A stretch of DNA of 58,204 bases from Octopus sinensis (taxonomy: Eukaryota): NCBI RefSeq assembly GCF_006345805.1, contig NW_021833662.1, positions 1 through 58,204 of the forward strand, given 5' to 3'. Under the pieces are notes generated by a model. It did no database searches. It was not told the DNA's origin and was given only the letters and a program-made list of their open reading frames with translations. Below, piece after piece: positions 25,596 to 39,436 of the stretch. Every line of letters begins with the position of its first letter. Position 1 is the stretch's first letter. The position numbers and the translations under genes were made by a program.

Positions 25596-25629
25596 TATAC
25601 ACACACACACATACACATATACACACGTG

Positions 25630-26830
25630 ATGGGTTTGTTCTCGCTCTTGTAATAGTAGTAGTGGTGGTTGTAGTGAAGATGGTGATGGTGGAGGAGGTT
25701 GTGGTGGTGGGGGTGGGTGTTGTGGTGGTGGTAGTGCTCTTTACTACAACTATTTCTTGTGTTGATAATATCGGTCCAGGTGTCGGGGTATTGTGGTTGC
25801 ATTAATGTGGCTGGGTTTAGCCCAGGTTCTAGTATTACTGTTGGTGGTTATTGTTGGTAGTAGTGGCGGTGGTGATAATGGTAAATGCGATGAATGTGGT
25901 GATGGCGGTGGTTTGGTGGCGATGGTAGTAGTTGTGATCGTGATAGTGAAGGTGGTGATAGTGGTGGTGGTGGTGAGAATGATGGCGGTAGTAGATATGC
26001 TGATGGGTGGGGTTGTTGGTGGTGTGGGTAGTGGTGGTGATGATGGTGGTGGTGCACGGTTGGGTTGAGAGGATGGAGCAGATAGATCTACACCTATTGA
26101 TGCTCTGTTTCTGATAGTGGTGTTGATGGTAGTGGTACCGTCGTGATGGTATTGGTCTCTTGTGCAGTAGTCTTGATTCTGATAGGGCTGCTGCTGCTGT
26201 GGTTGTTGCAGTGATGGTGGTGGTGGTGGTGGTTGTGATTGTGGTGATGGTGATGATTGTGGTTGTAGTAGAGGTGGTGGTTTTGTTGTTGTTGTTGGTG
26301 GTGTTGGTGATGTTTGTTGTGGTGGAGATGGGTGTATTGGTGGTAGTATTGGTGAGGATTGTTATGGTGGAGGTGGCTGTGTTGTTGTTGTTGGCAGTGA
26401 AGGTTGTAGTGGTGGTGGTTATGGTGATGGGAATGATTGTGGTTATGGTGGAGTTGTTGTTGCTGTTGGTGATGGTTGTTATGGTGGAGGTGGCTATGTT
26501 GGTAGTGGTGTTGTGATGGTTGTTGTGGTGTTGTGATGGTTGTTGTGGTGTTGGTGACTGTGTTAGTAGTGATGGTTGTAGTGGTGGTGGGGGCTATAGT
26601 GGTGGTGTTGTGGTGGTGGGCCTGCTACTGCACAATTACTTGTGTTAGTGGTATTTCTGCTGTTGTCGGTAGTTTTTGTAGTGACGATATTGAATATGGT
26701 TGGTAGTAGTCTTGACTCTGATATTGCTGTTGCTGCTACTATTGGTGGTGATGGTTCGGATGTTGTTGCTGTTGGTGATGGTGGTAGTAGTGGTAGCGAT
26801 GGTATTGGCGATGTGACGGTGTTGTTGGCG
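25630..26830. repeat. Degenerate (GGT/GTT/GAT)n low-complexity tract
   Basis: G/T-rich triplet repeat; source of the poly-Val and poly-His ORFs. Confidence 0.85.
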
Positions 26831-26859
26831 CAACTTCCAGATGAGCGGACTTAACTAGA

Positions 26860-27840
26860 AAACACACACACACACATACACACACACACATAGCGCTCTC
26901 ACTCACTCACACACAAATACACATACTCACACACACAACACACGCACACAGAGACCAACACCCACACTCAAACATACTCATACTCACAAACACAAACACA
27001 CACTCATGCACACGCACAACAAACACACACTCACCCCACACACTGACAAGCACATACGCATACAATCACAAACTCATATACTCACACACTCACATAGACA
27101 ACATACTCACACACACAACATACACACACATTCACGTACACACATACTCACACACATACTCTCACATTTATATACTCACAAACACACACACATACTCTCA
27201 CACACAATCGCGCACACAACACACACACACATTCACGTGCACACATACTCACAAACACACACACATACTCTCACACACAATCGCACACATCACACACACA
27301 CATACACACACACGCACACACAACACACACACACATTTTCGTGCACACATACAAACACACACACACATGCTCTCACACGCAATCGCACACACAACGCACA
27401 CACAACGCACACACACACACATTCACGTGCACACATACTCACAAACACACATACACTCACACACTTATATACTCACAAACACACACACATACTCTCACAC
27501 ACAACCGCACAGGCAACACACACACACATTCACGTGCACACATACTCACAAACGCACATACACTCACACACTTATATACTCACAAACACACACATGCTCT
27601 CACACACAACACACAAACACACATTCACGTGCACACATACTCACAAGCACACACATACTCTCACACACAATCGCACACACAACACACACACATTCACGTG
27701 CACACATACTCACAAACACACTTACACTCACACACTTACATACTCACAAAAACACACACACACATACTCTCACACACAATCGCACACAACACACACACGC
27801 ACACATACGCACACACACACAACACACGCAACAAAACAAA
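26860..27840. repeat. CA-derived minisatellite with higher-order units
   Basis: Recurrent blocks CACATTCACGTGCACACATACTCACAAAC and CTCTCACACACAATCGCAC. Confidence 0.85.
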
Positions 27841-28249
27841 AACACATTATATAAGAGCAATTGTCTCCTTGTCTGCCATCTCTTATATTACCTCTTGCAA
27901 AGCAACTCTTGACAGTGACAGCTGAATGGGTGAAAAATGGCCGAGTTATGTGTGAAGGACGATAATCGGGATGCAGATGTAGGATTTACAGTTTTTAGTG
28001 TACTAAAAACTCGTAAAACACTGCTGATGAATAGATTCTGAGACAGCAGTTGGCCACTCTCTAACGCTCATTCAACCTACCTACACAACTGGCAACGTCT
28101 TACTTGCCGGACCACTAAGCAAACTGATACACAAACTAGTCACTGCACCATTTCTTTATTTTCTGAAAGACATTCGCCATAAATTGCTGAGTCCTGAAGT
28201 CTTTCTCGTTATTATGTTCATTTTGCTTTTGATTTTTGTTGTTGTAGTA

Positions 28250-28297
<48 letters not shown>

Positions 28298-28548
28298 GTT
28301 ATTGTTATTGTTATTATTATTTTGTCTCTCTGTAATCTTTATTGATGTTGTTTTTAGCTCGGAACAATGACAAGAGGAAGAGAAAGTGAGGGAGAGAGAG
28401 AGAGAGAGAGAGAAAGGAGAAGGGAGAGAAAAAGAGAGAGAGCGTGAAAGAAAGGGAATGAGAGAGAAAGAGAAAAGAGAACGAGGGGAATGAAGAAGCA
28501 AGTAAGAAATAAATTAGAAATGGTGTGTGCTGTACTCAAGAGAGTATA

Positions 28549-28608
<60 letters not shown>

Positions 28609-28846
28609 AATGCATACATTTATATATATACGTACATGCATACATTTATAAATATATACGCATATGCACATACTAATGTATATGTGTGTGCATGTGTGTA
28701 TGTGGGAGTGTATTTATGTGTGTAATATGCAGCTGGTTTATGCATATATAAGCTTATGTGTGTACTCCTGTTTGTGTGCGCGTTTGTGTGTTGCCGTATA
28801 TGTGTATGACAAGTACATATGCTTATCTATGCATATCTAACAGTCT

Positions 28847-28905
<59 letters not shown>

Positions 28906-28934
28906 GTCTATCTGTATATCTCACTCTCTGTCTC

Positions 28935-29000
<66 letters not shown>

Positions 29001-29172
29001 TATATATACATACATACATACATACATACATACATACATACATACATACATACATACATACATTCATACATACATATATGTGTGTGTGTGCGTCAAAGGG
29101 GACAACAAACATTTAGGCGAGGCAAACATTTCAAGCCGTATGCAATATTATTATTGAAAAAAAAAATTGGAA

Positions 29173-29228
29173 GTCTTACAGCTGTTTCTGGGGTATCCCT
29201 GAGTATGGGATATTCCGCCATCAGAAAT
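29173..29228 (-). ncRNA. Hammerhead ribozyme, A9G-mutated copy
   Basis: CTGATGG-CGGAATATCCC ATACTCA GGGATACCCCA-GAAACAGCTGTA^AGAC. Confidence 0.6.
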
Positions 29229-29640
29229 AAATAGGGAAAAATTGGGAAAATGAGAATGGTGTATATTAATGAGAGGGCGACATAGAGGAATGGAGTAAAA
29301 GAATAAGGAGCCGGGGAGAAAGAGGCAAAAAAGGAAGCATAAAAGTTCATAGTTCGACTTTTCGAAGTTGTAGAAGCAAGAGCATAAGTCCTTAGGTGCA
29401 ATCCTGCGTAGATCCATGAGGGTTAAAATCCTGACACAGTAGACATCCAGAGAAAAACGACGTGAACAGAATCACCCAAGGACTTATGCTCTTGTTTCTA
29501 CACTAGCGGAAATTTGAACTATGAATTTTAGCTTCTTTTTTCTTCTTTCTCTCCATCTCTTTATTCTTTTACTTCATTCCTCTATATCGTCATCTCATTA
29601 ATTTATACCATTTTCATTTTCCCTATTTTTTTCCCTAGTT

Positions 29641-29696
29641 GTCTCTGATGACGGAATATCCCATACTCGGGGATATCCCAGAAACAGCTGTAAGAA
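29641..29696 (+). ncRNA. Type I hammerhead ribozyme
   Basis: GTCT-CTGATGA-CGGAATATCCC..GGGATATCCCA-GAAACAGCTGTA^AGA, with a palindromic stem III ACAGCTGT. Confidence 0.75.
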
Positions 29697-29756
29697 TTTG
29701 AATTTTTTTCCAATAATAATAATGTATCAATTTTTTCTTAAATATTTGCTCTCCAA

Positions 29757-30535
29757 TCCCATAGCGCTTCTTTCACAAACATATAGCCAAATGCAAAATA
29801 AAACGTCAAAATTAGAAGCAATAGCTGCCAAACTAGGATTGAAAGTCAACCGCGACAAATCAAACATTATGCGCGTTAATGAAGAAAACAGCGAACGTAT
29901 TAAACTAAAAACCGGTGAACTAGAGGATGTAGCCGAGTTTACGTATTTAGGTAGTAAGATAACGTTTTCAGGCGGCACCGCTGAAGATATTAAGACAAGA
30001 TAGTAAGGCAAGGACCGCTTTTCACCTGTTCAAAAAAGTATGGTGTGCAAGTGTAATTTCAACAATGAACAAAATAAGAATTTTTAACACTAACGTAAAA
30101 GCGGTGTTATTGTATGGGGCTGAGACATGGCGAACAACACTCGTAAGTCAAATAAGCAAATACAATCATTCATTAACAGATGCTTGCATAGTATACTTAA
30201 AATTAGATGGCCCGAACACATAAGCAATATGGAACTATGGCAAAGAACAAATGAAGTTTCGATTAGGGAGCAAATATTTAAGAAAAAGTGGAAGTGGATT
30301 GGTAGCACAATTAGAAAAGACGCACCAAATGTAGCGAAAAGTGCTTTACAGTGGAATCCGGGTGGATATAGAAAGAAAGGTAGGCCTAAGAACTCGTGGT
30401 GTAGATCAACATAAAAGGAACTAGAGAAAGGGGAACATTTATGGCAGAGTATAAGTATAGAAGCGAAAAATTATGCGACATGGAATTCAATTATAAGTGG
30501 CCTATACTCCGCACTGGAGAGTTAAAGGCAGGAAA
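29757..30535 (+). mobile_element. 5'-truncated RTE-clade LINE (RT C-terminus)
   Basis: GLKVNRDKS, EFTYLGS, VLLYGAETW, ILKIRWPEHISNMELW, WKWIG, LQWNPGGYRKKGRPKNSW. Confidence 0.9.
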
Positions 30536-32664
30536 AAATTATTGTATATGATTTAAGATGTTTGCCTTAATGTTTGTTGTCCTCCTTATCAATTATATAT
30601 CCGCTGCATCAGAAATCTACAATGGCTCCATAACTACCATCTCGGCTATAACCTTGGAGTCCCAGCAATCCATTACAGCACTTACCAAGGGTACCTAATC
30701 GTTTACATCACCCGTATCTCCCATACTCGTGTGTTTACGTCCTCGTAACTTGAAGATTGAAGTAGCTCATGTATAACTCCAGTGTACATTAAATGATTCA
30801 TGCGCGCGTAAAATCTTATTTAACACCTTCGAGCACACGCGAACGGAAGTAGACCTATCACATTTTCTCCCAGTTCGGGAGTAAATTCCCCTCGTAAACA
30901 ACATGTATGAAAAATACATTGGGCTGTGAAAATTCATCAAAGCATCGTAAGACACATGAGTATCTTTTTTCGTATCATCAACTATAACCATTAAATTTGT
31001 TTTTTCACATCCCTAAAAGAACAAATCGTTCTTTTGTATTTGAGCAGCAAACGATGCGATTGCTGATGTGCCTAAGGCTTGATCAAGCTAGAATTAAATA
31101 AAGTCTCACTGAGCAGCGTTGAATAAAATATATACATGAAACGTCATATTTAACACGTCCCATCGCACTTGTATGTGGGAAGACCTTTCGCTACTGAAAG
31201 ACCGTCGCTTCTAGACGACTTCTGTATAAGCATGCTAATCCGCGTGACTTTATGTATTTAATTCTGAATTAATCTCAAAATCCGATGACGTCGTTCATAT
31301 CCTAATCTATTTTCACACATGTCTCATCGGTGGAGAATTTTCTCTCGTGACTATTTCTGCACCAGAAGGTGTTCCCACCTCCTAGAGTACTCGAACGTGT
31401 TAACTATGACTTTACCCGTATATATTTTATAAATATCATTATAAATTAAGGTGCTTATTTAGTAATTTACAACCAAAAGGTAACAATTATAGTCGTCACT
31501 ATAGTGACGGCGGGTGCTAATCAGCACCACAATTGCTAGAAATAAGAGTCAAAGCAACTCTTAGCCACGAGTGAACACTTTTCTCATGACTGACAGGAGA
31601 CAAGCTCCCTACGGCAAGCGATATAGAGTCATAGCGCTGATTTCAGACTTGATTAATCTTCATCGGTGCCCCGTTGTTCCGTCGCCGTCACATTACCGAT
31701 GTCACATGCTTAACGAATGTTTTATTTCTGCTTATATTAGCTACGGAATTCAGCCAGGGAGACGATTCGGTCAGGGTGAGAAGCGGATATCGATGTTTTG
31801 CTGTTAATTTAGCTCATCGCATACTTAGCGCATACTTGAGCGACCGAGTCACCGCGAAGTGAATTTGAATCGCTAGCCTGAGGTAAATATGAAGTTAGAG
31901 TAAAATTTATCTGTCGAAGTGCATTAGCGCCGCATAAGTGAAACAACATAAAATTTCAAATTAGAAGCAACTCTGATAATGCGAACATATGCTTAACGTA
32001 TATGTTTTGTTCATGTGCTTATTAAGCTGTGGGAGTTATACAGGAAAACGTCCCTCTAGGACGTTGAATGTTAAAAATCCCACTGAATATCTCAAACCAA
32101 ACGAAACGAATCGTCCCGTGGATGAGCGAAAACGGTGGATATCGATATTTTGCTGTTATTTCAGTGAAAAAAAATTATAAATTAGCTATTCGATACATGC
32201 TTGTGTGTGTGTGTGTGTGTGTGTGTACGTGCGTCTGTGTGTGTATGTGCGCGTGTGCATGCACACACACAAACACGCACGTGCACACACGCACGCACAC
32301 ATAAACACAATGATATAGTCCGCTGAAGATAAAATATCGTAACTTCAAGTTCCATGTTCAGTTTATCTTATGTAACCATCAAACTAGAAACTCGATCATT
32401 TTATGTGTAACATTACTGTTGCGTAAAGTTTTTGTTATTCCATTTTGGGTTTAAAAAAGATCTAAGTTACATAACTCAATGTATATAAATATTATTGGTG
32501 GGGATTTATTTCCCTTGTGTCGTAGTAAGTAGACCTGTTAATAAAGAAATACATACAAAGAAAAACTTCAACTATGTATTAAGGTGGATGACTTGAGATC
32601 TATAAGAAAGGAAGGGAAAGAATAAAAGAATAAAAATATAAGGTATCAACGAGTGTAATTCTCT

Positions 32665-32875
32665 ATCTAATTTTGGTATTAGGCCAGCAATTTTGAGAGA
32701 GGAATAAGTTCATTACACTGACTTCAGGACTTGTACTTTATTTTATCGACCCCGATAGGATGAATGCAAAGTTGAGTCTGGTAGTTAGAATTTGAACTCA
32801 TAACGTTAAAAATCGGAATGAATATCAGAAAGCAATTTTTCCGATTCTGTAATCATTCTGCCATGTCGCCGCCCT
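32665..32875 (-). mobile_element. SINE family B
   Basis: + strand reads TACTTTATTTTATCGACCCCGATAGGATGAA...AATTTGAACTC...CTGCCATGTCGCC. Confidence 0.65.
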
Positions 32876-32914
32876 AAATTGTAATGAAATCATGTGTTAA
32901 TAGGTTAGTGCACG

Positions 32915-33152
32915 TTACTCCATAAGGGTTATAAGGCCGGTTTCCCGATTTTTCTCTTGCTGCGCAGATATTTTTTTCTTGGGCGAGACGCAGGTCCGTC
33001 GGAAGATTACTTATTCTTTCCAGCTGAGTGGACTGGAACCACGCGAAACGAAGTGTTTTGCTCGAGAACACAACGCATCACCCGGCCCAGGAATTGAAAC
33101 CATAATCTTGCCATCATGAGTCCCACACCATCACCGCTTAGCCATGCGCCTT
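32915..33152 (-). mobile_element. tRNA-derived SINE (family C head/core)
   Basis: Minus head AGGCGCATGGCTAAGCGG...GGTTTCAATTCC; core shared with 11295-11640. Confidence 0.65.
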
Positions 33153-33529
33153 AATGTGTTAATTAAGGAGTTAAAATTGAATTGGGAAATATTGAGTGAA
33201 TGGTTCTATAAAATCTTGACGTATTCATTTTATTGTATAGAATTGATCGTGGAAAGACAGCTTTGAAAATCTATTTATTCAAATTCCATCACCTTCAGCT
33301 TCACCCTTACTCACCTTCTTTCGTGTTATTTTCATTCATCTTGTTTCTTTATGATAAGACTTACAGTTTCCTTTTCGTTTGCACACTTCCGTCTAATAAA
33401 CGCCACTTGGTATTTGTTCCGACTGTCTCTGCTCTAAGTTCAGGTCCCGCTTAGGTCACTTTTGCGTTACATCCTTTCCGGCTCGGCAAAAATGTACCAA
33501 TCAATGGCAATAGATTAGCAAAACTGATT

Positions 33530-33865
33530 AACAGGACTTATAATTTTTTGAAGCCTAGTACTTATTCTAGCAGTCCCTTTCACACAACCGCTAAGCTACG
33601 GGGAGATAAACACACGACCACCGGTTGTCAAACAATGGTGGGGGACAAACACAGACATAAAAACACACACACAGCGGCATGTATATATTTTTATATATAT
33701 GCAACGGGCGTCTTTTAGTTTCTGTCTACCAAATCCATTCGCAAGGCTTTGGTCGGTCCGAGGCTGTTGTAGAAGAAACTAGCCCAAAATACCACGCAGT
33801 GAAACTGAACCCGGAACCAGGTGGGTGAGAAGCAAGCTTTTTACCACACAGCCACTCCCGCACCT
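33530..33865 (-). mobile_element. SINE family A
   Basis: Collinear with 4250-4580; head GGAGTGGCTGTGTGGTAAAAAGCTTGCTTC. Confidence 0.75.
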
Positions 33866-34391
33866 TTAAGATTTGTTATCAACCAAATACCATTTCTCTT
33901 TTTACTGGCAATATCAAATATAACATCTATCACACTCCATAAACATACTACACATGTACAAAGCAAAACTGCTAAAAACGACAACTCCTCCACAGCACAC
34001 ATAGGAAACATAGCTTGGTGCATGAGAGCAGCGGCCTGAAGTCAAATTACGTGGTTTAGAGAAACAAAAGAATTAGCCTTTCTAGAACTTTTGGATGTGT
34101 TTGCGCCAGAGATCATGGTAGAATTTGAACTCATAAGTACATATATTATATTGTGTGTATATGTTTTATTGATTTGCCTGTACGGCTGATAACTCGCTTG
34201 CCACTGTGGTGGTATTTTAATAATACCATCCCTTCTTTTATATATATATATATATATCATATATTGATCATTCATTTTTATACTTTTTGAGATCTAATTA
34301 AGTTTTATAAAAATATATTTTATTTGTTATTTATGTTTTGGTTTATGTCTATCACTGTTTGAGTTGCATAATAGTGGTTTTATCTCTAATT

Positions 34392-34424
<33 letters not shown>

Positions 34425-34689
34425 TTGTGCGTGTGCGTGTGTTTCTGTATTTGTCCGTCCCCCTGCCATCGCTTGACAACCGATGGTGGTGTGTTTATGT
34501 ACCCGTAATTTAGCGGTTCGGCAAAACAGACCGATTGAACAAGTACTAGGCTTACATGTATGTATTTGTTTGTGTATGTTCTCTTTCTCTTTTTAATATA
34601 GAGTGGCCACCTACTTGGTAGTAAGGTAGTAAGGTAGTAAGAAAAGTATCTTGTTATAACCATCATGCTTTAAATCTTAAGGTGTTGCG

Positions 34690-35095
34690 GGTTTTTATAT
34701 TCCCAGATATTTATGTATGTAAGTCATTATTCAGTTTTATTTCAAGATTTCTTGTCCAAAGAGAAAGAACTAGTTTCAAAACTAGATCCAAGTCTCCTTC
34801 ATTAGAATTTCAACAACCTCAACCGGGTATTTTTCTATGTATGTTTCATTTTGTGTACATATTCTCATGTAAATAGTTGCATGTCTAGACATGCTCATAT
34901 AAACTTCAGGAAAGTTTTACAGAATTATACAATTCCGGTGATGGCTTGGATCTGTAGTCTTCTAATCGGCTTTCTCCTAGTTTCTCAAGGTTGGTATTTA
35001 GGCAGTGCCCCAATAATTACAGGTATAAGACTGAACTTATAATCTGGATAGTGTAGCTGTAGATTTCTCAATAGTTCAGCGTAGGTATTTTCTTT
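34690..35095 (-). mobile_element. 3' end of a restriction-like-endonuclease (R4/NeSL-type) non-LTR element
   Basis: KENTYAELLRNLQLHYPDYKFSLIPVIIGAL...LQIQAITG...CKTFLKF* plus a probable 3'UTR. Confidence 0.65.
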
Positions 35096-35943
35096 ATGTA
35101 TGTATGTATGTATGTATGTATGTATGTATGTATGTATGTATGTATGTATGTATGTATGTATGTATGTATGTAGGGAGGTAGGTAGGTAGGTAGATAGGTA
35201 GACATATGTATGTGCAAAATATTATGTAACTAGGCATTGTTTCTGTTGCTTTTGAAACACTGAGTAAGCCCTGATCTAATAGACATGATCGAATGTGTTC
35301 CAGGCATAACCATCCCGCTTTTTGTTTTATCAGCTACGACTACATTATCGTACTTCACTTAAGGAAGATTTGGTGCTAATTTGAAGCATGTCGGGTGATC
35401 ACCCTGATATTGGTTCGACTAATCTTATCTTTAAAATTTCAGGCACACATTTATCAAACAAAATCATAATGAAAAGCGTTCCAACTGTGACCATCCAATT
35501 TTTTTTTACCAGACATTGGTGCATCTAGGAAGTCATCCAATATCCATTGTCTTTCCGTAAGACGGTAAGGTATGTTTTGAGGGATATTTGGTTACTATTT
35601 TTACGAGCTGTGGCGCCAAAGGAGGTTCCTACATTGATTCGTCTCTTGAATATCTGTGAGTGTAACAGCTGACACATGAGTAGGCCTCAAATGCAGGGTT
35701 CTTTCGAGTGCTTGTATGCGCGTGCGAATGGATATATTAGTGAGTGGCTGTGTGTATACATGTATAAACGTGTGCGTATATATGTGTGTGCACATGCTGT
35801 AGTGTAAATTGGTGTATTGGTGTTTTTGTATGTGGTTGTGTGTTTGTGTACATATGAGTAAGAATCTTTGGAGTTTTTGTGCGCCTATTCGTTTGAGCAT
35901 GTGAGCATGATTGAATAAATATGCAAGCTTCTATATATGTATG

Positions 35944-35977
<34 letters not shown>

Positions 35978-36017
35978 TGTATGTATGTATGTGTCTGCAT
36001 GTATGTGTTCGTATGTA

Positions 36018-36370
36018 TATGTATGTGCGTGCATGTAAAGTGTGCAGATGCGAATGTACGAATGTATTTCTGTTTGTATTCATGCATGTATGAATGCATG
36101 CGTTTGTGTTATGTCATGTATGTATGTATGTATGTATGTATGTATGTATGTATGTATGTATGTATGTGTATGTATGTATGTATTATGTATGTATGTATGT
36201 ATTATGTATGTATGTATATGTATGTGCGTGCATGTAAAGTGTGCAGATGCGAATGTACGAATGTATTTCTGTTTGTATTCATGCATGTATGAATGCATGC
36301 GTTTGTGTTATGTCATGTATGTATGTATGTATGTATGTATGTATGTATGTATGTATGTATGTATGTATGT
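36018..36370. repeat. 199-bp tandem duplication bounded by (TATG)n
   Basis: GTGCGTGCATGTAAAGTGTGCAGATGCGAATG...GTTATGTCA occurs at ~36025 and ~36224. Confidence 0.9.
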
Positions 36371-38091
36371 ATATGTGTATGTGTGTATGGATGTTTGTGC
36401 ATGTGTATATATGTACTTTTGTATGAATGCCTCCTATTGATAAATATACATATGCATATATACATGTGTGTGTGTCTGCATGCGTAGACATACATACATT
36501 CATACTTATTTATGTGTATGTGTTTGTGTACGTATATATGTGTGTATGCATGCCGAGCAAGACTGACTTTTATGCTGATTGGAACACAATGGAAATTTAT
36601 TAGTTATTCGTTAAACGGTGATAATGTTTGTCTGCAACAGTGTCGTCTGTCATCAGCAATTAATCACATGTGTTGTGAGAACGGAGGCTTAGTTGAAGAG
36701 ATGTGGTTGTTGGAGAGGAGTTTTGTAAAGATGGCGGCCAACCTCTTCCAACCTTTTCTTTCGACTGCAATTACAACCGAGACAAACGACTATAAAAAGG
36801 CAGATGACAGCCACAATGAATTTTAGCAAACATTTATTTCTTCTCTCTTTCTTATATTCTTTTGTTCCGACTTTTATTTATTCATTTACTTATTTATTTA
36901 ATTTTGAAAAATTTCTTCTCTTTACTCTTCTACATTTATCCTGTCCCCCACCACCTCCATTTTTACAGTATTTTCTCGCTCATTCATTCCTTCCGACTAC
37001 ACATACAATTTGCTATTGCTACGTTCATTAACGCTTGCCATAACATTTTGGTATCCCATTCTTTCTTCACCTTTCCCACCGCATTCCACTCATTCATTCT
37101 CCTCTCCCTCACCACAATTTTCTACATTTCCAATGGTCAACCATTTTCTCACGGCAACCTACACTGTTACATCTCTCCATAACGAATTTCTCACTGTTTA
37201 TTGTTCTTACCCAACCCTCTTTACGTTCTACTCTATTCCCGCAGCAATTTGATCGTACGTTATTTTAAGGACAGTAATTTCTCTGTTTCCTACAATTTAT
37301 TTCATTAATTGAAATCCCTTACAATAACAGCTTTTAATCCTTAGCTTTTCTACATTCTGTTGCTTGTTCGTTTTCTTCCCAATCAATTCCTCGTTTATTT
37401 TATTTATCTACCATTACAGTATGCTTCGTTTGCTCTATCCAGATGACGTCCACGATGATTTCCTTCGTGTAATTTCTCCATCCCACATTAATTATTACAT
37501 CTTTATTATTGATCTGAGCCCTAACCAATGATGGGTGGTTTCAGCTATTTATGACATATGTGGTTTTCTGATCGGATCTGCTGATATTAGCAAGCCTTTT
37601 CGTTATGAGTTCAACACTTATTGACATCAACTCTGGTAGAATCATCTGCATTGGACAAGTGTATCTTCTATACTGGTTTTGCATGTTATTTGTATAGGCA
37701 AGGTATATAATTTCAATAGCCATGTTACTTACATAGATCTGGTGTGGAATATACATACACATATATATATATTGGGGGTCTCATACTTTACAGACATTTT
37801 CTCAAGCTGCTTGCTAGCAACTATATCACAAAGACCGTGTTGGTCTCTCTTATTTTCTATCTTTGAATTCTTCAAATCATTGAATTTTTGTATTGTTATA
37901 TTCAAATTAAAAGTTTTATTTATGTTGTACTGTAGGCACACGATAACCTATCGGCAAATATTCGTAATTACACAATATTTCTATTAAGAAGTACTTACAG
38001 ATTTTCACAATATTTCAACAAACTTTTCAATATTCTTACGTACACAAATATCCGTGACATTTTCTTGATAATTTGCTTTTAATTTATGTAT

Positions 38092-38176
<85 letters not shown>

Positions 38177-38189
38177 TATTATTATTATT

Positions 38190-38519
38190 ATGTGCTGAAA
38201 ACTCACAGCTTATTTTGCTGAGTATGATGGGAAGTATCAGCTGTCCACTGTCAGCAGACTAAGGTGACACTAGTTTACTTGTCATGCTTCAAGAACCTTG
38301 CGAAGAATTCTTGCAGTTCTAAGCAATGTTGATTTTTGTAGGTGTTCTACCTTCACACTTGAACCGATCTTTTTCAGCCGTGTTGGTAGTTGAGTGCTGA
38401 TACTTCCAAGTGCACCAATTACTATTTGTATTACGTCTACACTCCTCATTAACCACCACATTCGTATTTCCCACTTCAAATCGTCATAGTTGTTTATTTT
38501 TTCTTTGACACTGATTCTG

Positions 38520-38520
<1 letters not shown>
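38190..38520 (-). mobile_element. R4/Dong-like LINE 3' end in a (TAA)n tract
   Basis: KINNYDDLKWEI..VIQIVIGALG..HLQKSTLLRTARILRKVLEA*, flanked by (TTA)n and (TTG)n(TTA)n. Confidence 0.75.
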
Positions 38521-38550
<30 letters not shown>

Positions 38551-38574
38551 ATTATTATTATTATTTTTCACATT

Positions 38575-38835
38575 GATCCTGCTTTTCTTATTATTTTCAT
38601 ATGCATTCAACAGATTAGACTGTTGGAAAAGAAAAGAATCCTAACATCGGGCTACAACAAATAGCCTTAGATACAAAGAGCCGTCCTATTGGGTTACGGC
38701 AAGTAACCTTAGTTGACAAGAACCCTCCTAAGTATCCCAGCTGTCTCTAATAACACTATGTTCTGGAGCTGTACTAAATTGGGTCTTATGCCTATTTCCT
38801 CTATCTATGTGTTCAGATCTTTAGGAATAGCTCCC
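38575..38835 (-). mobile_element. Second, different R4/Dong-like 3' end
   Basis: GAIPKDLNT*IEEIGIRPNLVQLQNIVLLETAGILRRVLVN*. Confidence 0.65.
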
Positions 38836-39436
38836 ATATCATTATTAGTATTGAGTGGGAGAGTACTGCATGTCATCAAAGCGACACTGGAGTAAAATAT
38901 ACGGAGCCCAGTATAACCATCATGACTACACGTCTGATAAGGGTGCACCAAGCACGTGCATCACAACCATATGTGCGCGACATGGTGATCTCATATTAAG
39001 ATTAACAGCGCATAACCTTGCAGGTGGGGGCCCAGTTAGAATTTTTCTTCGGGTTGAGTAGCCCATCCTGCCCAAAAGATCTCTGAATAAGAGTTGTTTA
39101 AGGATGTTGAACGAAACACCCATGTTTCCAGAGGTGAATTATCCAAACTCCAAAGAATTCCTCTCAGCACTTGGCTATGATGCTCCTCCACTACTTCTGT
39201 TATTGATCCGAGATACAATTATGGTCAGCCACTAAGGGACATACTCAACTGGTTAAGGTCAAATAACTGACAAGCAAATCTGTGGTATTTAGCAGAATAT
39301 TTGCTGTAACCCATCTTTAATACCAAGACAAAACAATGTATATGATAACACCTCCAATCAGTTAAGATGAGACGTCATGAAAGCCCCTGCTTGGTACTGC
39401 ACCAGCGCATTTATTATTATTACTGTTATTACGAAT

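Larger units (their letters stand above)
29092..29755. mobile_element. Fold-back element with ~300-bp inverted arms, each carrying an HHR; right arm interrupted by an RTE
   Basis: ~29150-29400 mirrors ~29470-29720. The mirror of the outer left end (GGACAACAAACATT..GGCAAACAT) reappears at ~30540-30590, after the RTE. Confidence 0.85.

Noticed and set aside
28019-28052. CTGATGA followed by GAGAC as a hammerhead
   Set aside because: GAAA is absent and there is no stem I; it is a simple ACTGCTG/CAGCAGT hairpin.
36728-36739. YY1-like motif AAGATGGCGGCC / start codon of a host gene
   Set aside because: A single motif with only a short downstream frame; not enough to call a promoter or CDS.
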